The notes under the pieces were generated by a model. That model saw only the letters and a list, made by a program, of their open reading frames with translations. It was not told where the DNA came from and did not search any database. This document shows, in pieces, positions 22,767 through 32,085 of a DNA stretch of 64,000 nucleotides (position 1 is its first letter; every line of letters begins with the position of its first letter). A program made the translations under genes and the position numbers. Source of the DNA: Cyanobacteria bacterium P01_A01_bin.123 (GTDB lineage: Bacteria > Cyanobacteriota > Cyanobacteriia > Phormidesmidales > Phormidesmidaceae); contig JBCBZT010000002.1 of the NCBI GenBank assembly GCA_039815185.1, forward strand, positions 191,891-255,890, given 5' to 3'.

Positions 22767-23531
22767 CTAGGTGTAAACCACATATCCGGCAAGGCCCGCC
22801 AAGCTACCCGCCTTGGTTAGGCCCACAATCAACCGGGGAAAAACACAGCCCAAGTTGTAATTACTCAGCATGTCATCACCAATTTCAACTAAGGAAACGC
22901 TGTGGAGATCGTCATGCTGGTTAAACCAGTTTATTAGGGACTGCCATACCTGTACCCCTTCGTTAAATTCAGCCTGTTCATCGGGGTTGAATTCTTCTAG
23001 GGTTTCTGTATCCCCTGTGACCAAGGCTTCGGGATAACCTTCATAATCTTCGTCCAGCAATTCCCACCAGCGCCCTTTTTCTACCAGGGGGGAAATCAAA
23101 ATTTTTGCGGGGGGGTAAATAGTGCCGCCAAAAGCACTGCGAATGACTGATTCTGTTAAGTCTGTCGCGATCGGTTGATCAAGATTGGCTGTAACAAAAA
23201 AAGGATAGAAAAATACATCGCTGGCTTCAGTGCCCATGCCGACCTCAATGCCATCCATGAGTCCGGCGGCTTCTAAGGCAATCTGTTGGCAACGATCGAT
23301 CTCTGCTGGATCGTGATTGTGAACAACTGGATCGCCATCACGACATAACCTACCACAGGTATAGGCCACAGTACGTGTCGAGAGACAGTTGTTAGTCCAT
23401 TCTTGGTGCGGGTCGTTAGGGTCAACCTTACCTTTTGGCGCTTCGGAAACCCCATAAGTTTCCATACATTCTTTGAGGCCCATCAAAGGCAAGTCATCGC
23501 GTTGGCAATTTTGAACGGGTTGAACACTCAT
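22767..23531 (-). CDS. Hypothetical acidic protein within the MoxR-VWA operon
   Basis: Fills the gap between the AAA gene and DUF5682 with tight spacing; no recognised domain. Confidence 0.7.
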   Translation of the reverse strand: MSVQPVQNCQRDDLPLMGLKECMETYGVSEAPKGKVDPNDPHQEWTNNCLSTRTVAYTCGRLCRDGDPVVHNHDPAEIDRCQQIALEAAGLMDGIEVGMGTEASDVFFYPFFVTANLDQPIATDLTESVIRSAFGGTIYPPAKILISPLVEKGRWWELLDEDYEGYPEALVTGDTETLEEFNPDEQAEFNEGVQVWQSLINWFNQHDDLHSVSLVEIGDDMLSNYNLGCVFPRLIVGLTKAGSLAGLAGYVVYT

Positions 23532-23551
23532 ACTGATAGATTTCCTTAGAT

Positions 23552-24646
23552 CTACACTAATTCCCGGCAAGCGCGATAGAGATCTTTCCAACCGTCTCGT
23601 TCTTTCACTACGGTTTCTAGATATTCGCGCCACACCACCGCATCTTGCACCGGATCTTTAACCACAGCCCCCTGAACCCCGGCGGCCAGATCTTCTGAGT
23701 TGAGGGTGCCATCGCCAAAGTGGGCCGCTAAGGCCATGCCGCTATTCACCACAGAAATCGCTTCAGCCGGGCTGAGGGTGCCGCTGGGAGATTTGAGCTT
23801 AGTTTTGCCGTCTTCGGTAGTACCCGCCCGCAGCTCGCGGAATATCGTGACCACCCGCCGAATCTCACTCAAAGCGGGGGCTTCCGCTGGCAGTTCCAAG
23901 GCTCGACCTAGACTTTCAACCCGCTTCTGCACAATGCTGACTTCGTCGTCAGCGGTGGCTGGGGTCGGCAAAATCACCGTATTGAAGCGCCGCTTCAGAG
24001 CGCTAGACATTTCGTTAACACCTTTATCGCGGTTGTTAGCTGTCGCAATCAAGTTAAACCCTTTTGTAGCCTGCACCTCTGAATTGAGTTCAGGGATCGG
24101 CAGCGTTTTTTCAGACAGCACAGTAATCAGCGTATCTTGCACATCGGCCGGAATCCGAGTCAGTTCTTCTACCCTGGCGATTTGCCCTTGCTGCATCGAT
24201 TGCATTAACGGACTCACCACTAGTGCGTCCATTGAGGGGCCATCCGCTAAGAGTCGGGCGTAGTTCCAGCCGTAGCGTACCGCTTCTTCACTGGTGCCTG
24301 CCGTTCCCTGAATCAGGCGGGTAGAATCGCCTGAAACTGCTGCCGTCAAATGTTCTGACACCCAAGACTTACCCGTACCAGGGACACCGTAGAGCAGTAG
24401 GGCGCGATCGGTAGTGAGGGTCGCGATCGCGACTTCCATTAATCGCCGACTGCCGATGTACTTGGGCGAAATTTCAAATCCGTTATCCAACTCACCGCCC
24501 AATAAGTACAGCGATACTGCCCACGGCGATAGTTTCCAGTTGGGTGGTCGTTGTCGGGTATCGGCCTTAACGAGTTCAGCCAATTCTTCAGCAAACTGCT
24601 GTTCAGCGTGTTGGCGCAGGAGTGTGGACGGGGAGGCCTGGGACAT
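23552..24646 (-). CDS. MoxR-type AAA+ ATPase (YehL-like)
   Basis: GVPGTGKS, RVEELTR and ATANNRDKGVNEMSSALKRRF motifs. Confidence 0.92.
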   Translation of the reverse strand: MSQASPSTLLRQHAEQQFAEELAELVKADTRQRPPNWKLSPWAVSLYLLGGELDNGFEISPKYIGSRRLMEVAIATLTTDRALLLYGVPGTGKSWVSEHLTAAVSGDSTRLIQGTAGTSEEAVRYGWNYARLLADGPSMDALVVSPLMQSMQQGQIARVEELTRIPADVQDTLITVLSEKTLPIPELNSEVQATKGFNLIATANNRDKGVNEMSSALKRRFNTVILPTPATADDEVSIVQKRVESLGRALELPAEAPALSEIRRVVTIFRELRAGTTEDGKTKLKSPSGTLSPAEAISVVNSGMALAAHFGDGTLNSEDLAAGVQGAVVKDPVQDAVVWREYLETVVKERDGWKDLYRACRELV

Positions 24647-24680
24647 AGTGAGTTGAGAGTTACTAACTAAACCACTCTAC

Positions 24681-25298
24681 TCACTCTGCCTCACCTGCCC
24701 CAAAAATGTCATCAACTGGCAGCTTGAAATCATTCAGGACAGATGACTCCAGAATTTGCCCACTGACAAGCCGCTGTAGATGATATTCACCCGCTATCAA
24801 ACGGCATACCGTAATCGTTGGTTGCTTGGGTTGACCGATATAGCGCACCGCACCTAATGCTCGGTAATCGACAATCCAGTATTCCGCAACGCCCATGGCC
24901 TCATATTCCACCAGCTTGTGACCGTAGTCATCGCGCCAATTAGTACTCACCACTTCCACCAGAAGCGGTATCGTTGTTCCAAATTGAATGGTTGAAGCAC
25001 TCGACCAAAGTGGTTCATTCACCAACTCACGCTTGTCAAGCACCACCACATCTAGTCGATAGCCAGAATCAGGCAACTTGGGTTTGATCAGGCAACTTTT
25101 AGGAATCGTGTAAGGTAGCTTGCGCTGCCGAAAGTACAGGGTTAGCTCCTCGGCTACAAAAGCACCGACTAGTTCATGCGCTCCTGTCGGTTGCACCTCA
25201 ACGACAACTCCGCTGTAGAGTGCATACTGCCGACCCTCTTCTGGAACCCAATGAATAAATTCCTCAAAGCTGACGGGTTCATCTAAAGCCTGAACCAT
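24681..25298 (-). CDS. Uma2 family endonuclease
   Basis: VEVVSTNWRDDY and EYWIVDY motifs. Confidence 0.88.
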   Translation of the reverse strand: MVQALDEPVSFEEFIHWVPEEGRQYALYSGVVVEVQPTGAHELVGAFVAEELTLYFRQRKLPYTIPKSCLIKPKLPDSGYRLDVVVLDKRELVNEPLWSSASTIQFGTTIPLLVEVVSTNWRDDYGHKLVEYEAMGVAEYWIVDYRALGAVRYIGQPKQPTITVCRLIAGEYHLQRLVSGQILESSVLNDFKLPVDDIFGAGEAE

Positions 25299-25363
25299 CG
25301 TGAGATCTAGCCTCTCAGTTCCATTGCTTTAATTCTGACATAGCCAGTCAGGATGACTGCTGC

Positions 25364-25912
25364 TCATCCAAATCCCTTATTCCAAATCCGAGTCTTTTTC
25401 TTTGAAACAGCGCGTGGACTTTCTTGCTTAACCCATTCTTCAGATGGAAGCGGTTCCATGACTGGGGGTTCTTGATCTTCACGAAACCAACCACCCATCG
25501 TCATGCGTAGTTCTTCATAGCTTTTGAAGTCGTGACTAAACTCCCGCATTTCATTCAACGGAAGAGGCTTTTCAAGAGTTTGCCGCCATTTTTGCTTCTC
25601 CAGCGTACCCATGATCAGATAATCATTACCGATCGTGTCAAGCTCCTGCTGTAAAAACATCACCGTTAAGTAATGTTCAATTTCATGCTTATGCCCTATG
25701 AGTCTGTCGCAGACTTTGCAGTAACGGTTGGTGTAATTAAGTGTGATCAAAGTCATGGGATTAACATGAATGATCAAAGGTAATTTACGTTGCCCCGTTT
25801 TATTTTCACAAACTGGACATTTGTTAAACCGCATATCAGGATATGGATTAAGAGAAAAATGATATTGCGGTGGCAAATGACCAAAATGATTCTCTTGCCC
25901 CTTCCTAGCCAT
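25364..25912 (-). CDS. Hypothetical protein with two CxxC pairs
   Basis: CPVC and CKVC; AT-rich ORF. Confidence 0.7.
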   Translation of the reverse strand: MARKGQENHFGHLPPQYHFSLNPYPDMRFNKCPVCENKTGQRKLPLIIHVNPMTLITLNYTNRYCKVCDRLIGHKHEIEHYLTVMFLQQELDTIGNDYLIMGTLEKQKWRQTLEKPLPLNEMREFSHDFKSYEELRMTMGGWFREDQEPPVMEPLPSEEWVKQESPRAVSKKKTRIWNKGFG

Positions 25913-25948
25913 CTCGCGACGTCCAAAACACGTTATTGATTAAAGATC

Positions 25949-27330
25949 TTATATGTTTGCTAGCGTTTCGCAGATGATTTTGAACAAAGGCCGTATGCTT
26001 GTCACTGGCTCCATGCAGTCTTGCTGCATGCGGCGGAGACGAGCAAGGATAATCCCATTGGCCTGATTATCCTCATTGGCTTGAGGACAGCGATCCAATA
26101 AATCCTCTAACAAACAACCAAAGGCCCTGACTTCCAATCGCTCCAACGCTTGGCCCATAGCCGAATTCGCTGGATTGTAGAAAGAAGCTGCACCAAAGTC
26201 GCCCAGACAACTCTCACCCGTCTCGTTCGCCAAAATGTTGTGGGCATACAGATCGCCATGCATGATGCCGTTGGCATGAAGGTGAGCAACAGCCGACGCA
26301 ATTCCCCGTGTCATCTGCAAAATAAACGGCAGCGTAAAAACGGTATCGGTATTGTAGGTATCCCTTGTGCAAGTGGTTAAACTGGGAGGGCCGCCCAGAT
26401 TGGTATAGTCAGGGGGAATGAATGAAAAGACTAGCCCTGCTGTGCTCCCCAAGTTTTGATCTGCACTATTGCTAAAGCTGGAGTCTAGCTTGCCCAACAC
26501 AGTAACTAGATTGGGATGGACACCCGCCGCGATACAAGCCCGCATTTCATCCAAGGGCGATCCATCGCTGGTGATTTCTCCCTTGAATAGCTTGATCGCC
26601 ACGTTTTGAGGCTGTGCGGATTCAGATTCGGTTGATGCCCTTGAAGGTTTAGTCCACAGCCTTTGTAGATGACGCCAGAGGCACCTTCGCCGAGGATATC
26701 GTCCAGTTTTAGCTCAGTTGCCTTGATGGTGGGTAGCGATCGCATCGATTTCACTTCTATCGCTAACGTATCCGCATCACAGCAGGGATTTCCCGCATAG
26801 GCCAGCCAGGATAGGCGCGGCAGCGTAAATAACCACTCCGGTAGCTTCTGAAGCCGATTTGCTGATAGCCGTATCAGTTCTAGATTTTGGCAAGCAGCCA
26901 TTTCATCAGGGAGAGATTGGAGTTGATTTCCGGCGAGCATCAGCTTTTGTAAGGTGCTGAGTTTGCCAATGGCGGCAGGGAGTTTTTGGATCTGATTATT
27001 GGTTAAGATCAGCCAGCGAATGGTGGGTGACAGCACATCAACTGTTGTGATCTTATTGCCCTTAAAGCTCGCCATTGAGAGGGCTGGACAGGTAGCAAGT
27101 ACTGCTGGAAATGTCTCAAAATCGTTGTTATTGCAAAACAAAATTTTGAGTTTTTTTAATCGCCCAAAGGTCTCGGGCAGAGTATGTAAACGGTTATTAG
27201 ATAAGTCTAAAATTTCTAATGAATCTGCTAACTCAAGAATTTCCATCGGAAATTCAGTCAACTGACAAGACAGATTTAAGCGTTTGTGGCCTACAAGCTG
27301 ACCTGATCGAAGTAAGTCTAGGGGGTTCAT
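25949..27330 (-). pseudogene. LRR plus protein kinase, split by a frameshift near 26660
   Basis: LRRs and GEGASG in one frame; VAIKLFKG, HGDLYAHN and GDFGAA in another, open across the junction (LWTKPSRASTESESAQPQNVAIK). Confidence 0.85.
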
Positions 27331-27387
27331 CTATGGGAGGTTCATCTATTTGATATCCATGTTAGGGGTCACGAGAGGTTGCTGGCT

Positions 27388-27996
27388 ATGAACAACGTAC
27401 CAGGCACGAGGGGATATGAGGCAATCAAAGATGCATTCATTGAAGTTAGCCAAGCGCTAGACTTTGCGGAGATCAACAAGGACTTCCTTGAGTATTTACC
27501 ATCACTTCCAAGTCGTGTGCTGGATGCCGGGGCTGGAGTCGGTCAAAACGCTGCCGCTCTGGCGCGGCTGGGGTATTTGGTTGTTGCTGTCGAACCCCTG
27601 CCAGCGTTCCTAGATGCAGCTCGATCGACCTATCGAGACCTTAACGTGATCTGGGTCAACGATAGCCTTCCTGGGTTGCGTAAGCTGGGGGAGGCATCTG
27701 GAATGTTCGACTTTATCCTTGTTGATGGCGTTTGGCACCATCTCGATGACGAAGAACGATCGCAGTGCATGGCGCGATTCTCAACCCTCTTAAATGATGG
27801 CGGTGCTTGCGCCATATCCCTACGACATGGCCCTGCTGGAGCTGGGACGTACATATTCCCTACAGATGGCAGAAAAACAGCTGTTTTAGCAAAACATTAT
27901 GGGTTGAGGGTTTTGCTGCATCTAGCGAATCAGCCCAGCAAAATGAGAAACAAACCGGGTGTGACTTGGACGCGGATGGTGCTTAGAAAAGAATAG
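27388..27996 (+). CDS. Class I SAM-dependent methyltransferase
   Basis: VLDAGAGVG motif I, VAVEP and VWHHL. Confidence 0.88.
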   Translation: MNNVPGTRGYEAIKDAFIEVSQALDFAEINKDFLEYLPSLPSRVLDAGAGVGQNAAALARLGYLVVAVEPLPAFLDAARSTYRDLNVIWVNDSLPGLRKLGEASGMFDFILVDGVWHHLDDEERSQCMARFSTLLNDGGACAISLRHGPAGAGTYIFPTDGRKTAVLAKHYGLRVLLHLANQPSKMRNKPGVTWTRMVLRKE

Positions 27997-28076
27997 ATTG
28001 GAGGAGTTTAGAGTCTAATTGTTTGGCACCCAGAGGTTTGTGGCCTGATGGTTCTACGGCTGTCTTTGAAAGCAGT

Positions 28077-28949
28077 TCAAGTCAGGGTCAATTTTTTTAG
28101 GGCGTCCGTGACGTTGTCTGGTGCATATCCCATGGTCAAGGCGCGGGCACTATCCAGGGTCAAATCCGGGGCACGGGGGGCACTGAACTTTAGATCGGCT
28201 TGGTGACCGGGGTGCAAACAAGACTCATCCGTCCCCACTGCGGCCACGAGCTTTTGCCCAAATGCATAGCGTGATAGGCGTTCTACGCCGCCTAAATGGA
28301 GCAGCCCCTGAGTCTGATTCAGCGCTAAAAGAATTCCCTTAGCGGCATCACAACCGCTGACGGGTGTCCGAAACTCATCTACAAATAGATTAATCTGGTC
28401 GCCGCTACGCAATTTCTGCAACAGACCTTGCAGGAAGCTGGGCGCGGTTGGTGCAACGCCGAACAGCAGGGGCATCCGACAAATTAAGGCGGTTGGCTGC
28501 TGAACCAGAATTCCTTGCTCAGCAGCGACTTTCTGTTCCCCATAGATATTGATTGGCGAGACCGGATCGGACTCATGATAGGGGGCATTAAGTCCATCAA
28601 AAACCTGTTCTGTGGAGATAAAGGTGTAGGCGATGGCGCGATCGCGGCATAGCGTCGCCAGATTAATAGAAGCCGTAACATTGATGCCATAAGACCCCTC
28701 TGGATCAACCTGGCAATCATTGGGTCGCGCCCTGGCTGCGCAATGAATCACGGCATCAGGATTGACATCATTCAGCACACCCTTAAGTGCTTGAACATCG
28801 GTTAGATCCAAGGTATGCAAAACCACTCCAGAGATTTGCACCGGATGTGTATGGCGAGTGCCATGGACATGCCATCCCTGACGCTGGGCTTCTTGGCACA
28901 GATGCCAACCCAGAAACCCACTTGCACCAGTGATCAAAAGCTTCTTCAC
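28077..28949 (-). CDS. dTDP-4-dehydrorhamnose reductase-like extended SDR
   Basis: ITGASGFLG, STEQVFDG and YGEQK motifs. Confidence 0.85.
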   Translation of the reverse strand: MKKLLITGASGFLGWHLCQEAQRQGWHVHGTRHTHPVQISGVVLHTLDLTDVQALKGVLNDVNPDAVIHCAARARPNDCQVDPEGSYGINVTASINLATLCRDRAIAYTFISTEQVFDGLNAPYHESDPVSPINIYGEQKVAAEQGILVQQPTALICRMPLLFGVAPTAPSFLQGLLQKLRSGDQINLFVDEFRTPVSGCDAAKGILLALNQTQGLLHLGGVERLSRYAFGQKLVAAVGTDESCLHPGHQADLKFSAPRAPDLTLDSARALTMGYAPDNVTDALKKLTLT

Positions 28950-29108
28950 AGAATTATTGTTTTCTACTGGCCTATTTTATGATCTTGCTGAAATGTCTTA
29001 GCTCTGGATCCTTAATCGATATCAACAAGCTGAAAGTATTAGGATACGGACATTGAATAGGCATCCTGGGTATACCGGAGTTGAGATTATTCTGGGGGAT
29101 TAGATGAA

Positions 29109-29240
29109 TAGCCCTTTTGTATAAATCTAGGCACTCGTCTGAGGGAGCTGGCAGTTGTAAATCGAAGCAATCAGATTGAACCTCAACCCCAACCGTCTCC
29201 GCCGCTTGCGATGAGAGCGAAAAAAGTGGAAAGCACGCTT
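29109..29240 (-). mobile_element. Degenerate 3' end of an IS5-family (IS702-like) element
   Basis: Reads RKRRRRLGLRFNLIASIYNCQL; terminus TAGCCCTTTTGTATAAATCTA resembles the one at 31610. Confidence 0.7.
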
Positions 29241-29252
29241 CCCCGCTTTGTT

Positions 29253-29972
29253 TCACTCTCGTTGTCTTTCTGTTGAAAGCTGCGTGGCCATTTCAGTGCG
29301 AGAAGAGACTTCAAGCTTGCGGAATATTTTTTTCAGCGCTTGCTTGACAGAGTTCTCAGTAATCCAAAGTTCTGCACCGACTTCTGCATTTTTCTTCCCT
29401 AAAGATACCAGATCTGCGATCTGACGCTCACGGGCGGTAAGGCGCGCTGATAGAGGCGTTGCATCACTATCAACCAAGTTTTTTGAGACGCTAGGAGATT
29501 GTTGGATGCGCACGGTCGCTGCCCATACCGATAGGTGCAGGCATAGCGCACTCACGTCGGCTAGATCTTGGTTGTTAAATGTGAGCTGAGACTTCTCGCG
29601 AGTGCAGCCCAGCACGCCGACTAGCTGCCCCTGTGTAACGACCGGGCCTGCCATCACATGCCAGTGATCTGGGCGAGGGCAGATGATTTGCCAGGCTTTG
29701 GGTGAGGTCACTAGGCTTTCATGAACTGGGGCGTGTTGCTCGGCTAGATAGCGAGCAATTGGGTTGCGTTCAGTTGAGAGAACCGTTTCTATCGCCTTTT
29801 TGAAGGCGGGGTTTAAGTTGCGCTCTGCGGCAAGGATGCGATCAAAGAAGAAGATGCCTGAGCGAGTCGCTGCGAAGTGTTCTCCAATTTTTGGCGCAAC
29901 TTGCGATCGCAACTCATCTTCGTCTGTCGCTTGGTTAATCGCTTGAAACAGGCTCTGCAAGTGGCTTTTCAT
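29253..29972 (-). CDS. GAF-like plus LuxR-HTH transcriptional regulator (paralog A)
   Basis: WQIICPRPDHWHVMAGP and LTARERQIADLV...ITENSVKQALK. Start could be GTG 30005. Confidence 0.88.
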   Translation of the reverse strand: MKSHLQSLFQAINQATDEDELRSQVAPKIGEHFAATRSGIFFFDRILAAERNLNPAFKKAIETVLSTERNPIARYLAEQHAPVHESLVTSPKAWQIICPRPDHWHVMAGPVVTQGQLVGVLGCTREKSQLTFNNQDLADVSALCLHLSVWAATVRIQQSPSVSKNLVDSDATPLSARLTARERQIADLVSLGKKNAEVGAELWITENSVKQALKKIFRKLEVSSRTEMATQLSTERQRE

Positions 29973-30016
29973 CTGACTTCTTATGCTTATAGCAAATGAG
30001 TGCACTTCAAAAAGAC

Positions 30017-30033
30017 TACCCGAACGTGGTCTA
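30017..30033 (+). promoter_or_regulatory. Putative LuxR operator TACCCGAACGTGGTCTA
   Basis: 15/17 identical to the reverse complement of 33749-33765; both lie just upstream of LuxR paralogs. Confidence 0.65.
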
Positions 30034-30115
30034 GGCGTCGTCCGAGCTTCTCCTTATCGTAGATGGCATAGATGCTTACTGGCATCGTTCTAGCCTCTCT
30101 AAATTTGGAGAAAAA

Positions 30116-30787
30116 ATGACTGAGCTACAAACTGACTGGCCACATTATGTCATCGGCATTGTCATATATCCCGGCATGACTACCCTGGACGTGGTTGGCC
30201 CTCAAACGGTGTTTGCTGGGTTGCCTAACGTTGAAATTCATCGCACTTGGAAATCGCTAGCACCCGTCACCGGGGACGATGGCATGGTGATTGTGCCAGA
30301 TACTACTTTTTCAGATTGTCCACCTCTCGATGTCATCTGTATCGGCGGCGGTCGCGGACAGAGTGCAATTATAGATGACGCTGAGCTGCTTGATTTTCTA
30401 AAGTCACAGGGTGAAAAAGCTAAGTTCGTGACCTCTGTTTGCGGCGGCTCTGAATTTCTCGCAAAGGCAGGGCTGCTCGAAGGCTATCGCGCGGCCACTC
30501 ACTGGGCAGCCCGCCCGCTGCTGGCCAAGTTGGGCGTTGAAGTCGGCATGGAGCGCGTAGTCGTTGATCGCAATCGAATGACTGGTGGCGGTGTCACAGC
30601 CGGGATTGATTTTGGGTTAACGGTTGCTGAAGCGCTCTATGGTGAAGATGTTGCCAAAATCAACCAGCTTTTGATGGAGTACGATCCAGCGCCGCCTTAC
30701 GATGTGGGTTCGCCTGAAAAAGCTGGGCCTGAGCTGATCGAAAAAGCGATGCAGTACATGGCCCAGACAATGGGGGCAACGCTATGA
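30116..30787 (+). CDS. DJ-1/PfpI family protein (isocyanide hydratase-like)
   Basis: TLDVVGP, TSVCGGS, GGGVTAGIDFG and EYDPAPPY motifs. Confidence 0.88.
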   Translation: MTELQTDWPHYVIGIVIYPGMTTLDVVGPQTVFAGLPNVEIHRTWKSLAPVTGDDGMVIVPDTTFSDCPPLDVICIGGGRGQSAIIDDAELLDFLKSQGEKAKFVTSVCGGSEFLAKAGLLEGYRAATHWAARPLLAKLGVEVGMERVVVDRNRMTGGGVTAGIDFGLTVAEALYGEDVAKINQLLMEYDPAPPYDVGSPEKAGPELIEKAMQYMAQTMGATL

Positions 30788-31278
30788 CGACGCATCACCC
30801 TGCTGAGCAATTGAAGCTTGCTGAGCAATTATCTATTGAGGCAGAAGCTGGAAAAAGATGGGTTCAAGTGAGCTTCTTAGCAATTGCGATTCTATTCAAC
30901 CTTTGCTTAGTTGCCCAGCTCCTAACCGTTGGTCTCGCCGTTTTTTCTGATGCAAGCTGGTGGCAGGTTCATGTCTGGCTGGTGCGTGGATATGGCGGAC
31001 TGGCAGTGCTGCTCTTCATAGGGACGTTGGTCACGCCTTTCCCAAAAAGGATACAAGCGCTGACGAACGCGATCGTGATTCTGCTACTGTTGCAATTCGT
31101 GACAGCGCATGTTCAGCAGCCCTTACCCCTAGGCGTTTTGCATCCGCTCACCGGATTCACCTTGTTTACAACATCTACAACCCTGGTTCATCGAGCGATG
31201 GCATTCGTGAGGGGTCATTCAGACAGTGCTGAGAATTTGGATATTCCGAATCCAGATATTCAGAAATCGAATGCTTAG
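30784..31278 (+). CDS. Membrane protein (DUF6220-like)
   Basis: Four hydrophobic segments with conserved-looking His (WWQVHVW, LHPL); overlaps the upstream stop codon. Confidence 0.7.
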   Translation: MTTHHPAEQLKLAEQLSIEAEAGKRWVQVSFLAIAILFNLCLVAQLLTVGLAVFSDASWWQVHVWLVRGYGGLAVLLFIGTLVTPFPKRIQALTNAIVILLLLQFVTAHVQQPLPLGVLHPLTGFTLFTTSTTLVHRAMAFVRGHSDSAENLDIPNPDIQKSNA

Positions 31279-31315
31279 AACTTGAGCATAGAGTTGCGCT
31301 TTGGGGAGGAAGCGA

Positions 31316-31625
31316 ATGACTGGCTATGGTCACCCAGATAGCTTAGTAGAGACTCAATGGTTGGCAAAGCATCTAAACGATCCTTCTGTACGCATTATTG
31401 AAGTGGGCATGAGCCCAGAAGACTGCGAGAACGCCCACATCACATGGCCTCTACGCTCAGCAGGGCATCACCAAAGACAAAAGAGTCATTCCCTACTGTG
31501 CTGTTGGAGCGCGCTCAAGCTTTACCTGGTACGTGCTGAAGTATCTCTTGGGCTACCCTAACGTCCAAAACTATGACGGCTCTTGGCATGAATGGAGCCG
31601 GTCACCTAATAGACCTCTTGCATGA
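31316..31625 (+). pseudogene. Sulfurtransferase (rhodanese) with a large internal deletion
   Basis: N-terminus [18 protein letters not shown] joined out of frame to C-terminus [34 protein letters not shown]. Confidence 0.85.
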
Positions 31626-31852
31626 ATCTAAGTAGTCGTCTGAACAAGCTGGCAGTTGTAAATTGAAGCAATCAAATTGAATCTCAACCCAAACCGTCTC
31701 TGCCGATTGCGATAGCGCTCGGCCAAACTGCGAAACACTTTCAGCCGACGGATCACATGCTCTATCTTGATGTGCAGTGTGGCGAGATTCCGGTTGTAAG
31801 CCCGCTGCGTCTGAGTTAGCTTGCCACCCCGTGGCTTCTTGTAGGGGATGAA
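31610..31852 (-). mobile_element. 3' remnant of an IS5-family (IS702-like) transposase with its terminus
   Basis: PYKKPRGGKLT...IEHVIRRLKVFRSLAERYRNRQRRFGLRFNLIASIYN; end TAGACCTCTTGCATGAATC. Confidence 0.82.
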
Positions 31853-32062
31853 ACGCTTGACCATAAACTGCCGCGGGCTCAATATCCTTGGCTGTCATTA
31901 GATTTTAGAAATCTATGGGTGATTTACCGCCCCTGCAACCAGGAAAAAGGCGAAATGCACTGGTACGAGTACGAACATTATATTTTTACGCATTATCCCA
32001 AGCGCTATAGCGATGTTCAGTTTGCGCGTCCCAGGCAACTCCTGAAATCTTTAAAGGCGTAA
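31853..32062 (+). pseudogene. C-terminal remnant of an HNH endonuclease
   Basis: Not in the ORF track. Frame reads TLDHKLPRAQYPWLSLDFRNLWVIYRPCNQEKG...* with no start before the motif. Confidence 0.6.
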
Positions 32063-32085
32063 TTATTTTGAGGGGCATTCGAGAT

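Noticed and set aside
27355..28020. Methyltransferase as an integron cassette (GTTAGGG before the RBS)
   Set aside because: No RYYYAAC...GTTRRRY attC after the stop codon and no integrase in the window.
28972..29256. 94-aa ORF similar to the 31602-31898 ORF
   Set aside because: Both are off-frame readings of the IS remnants.
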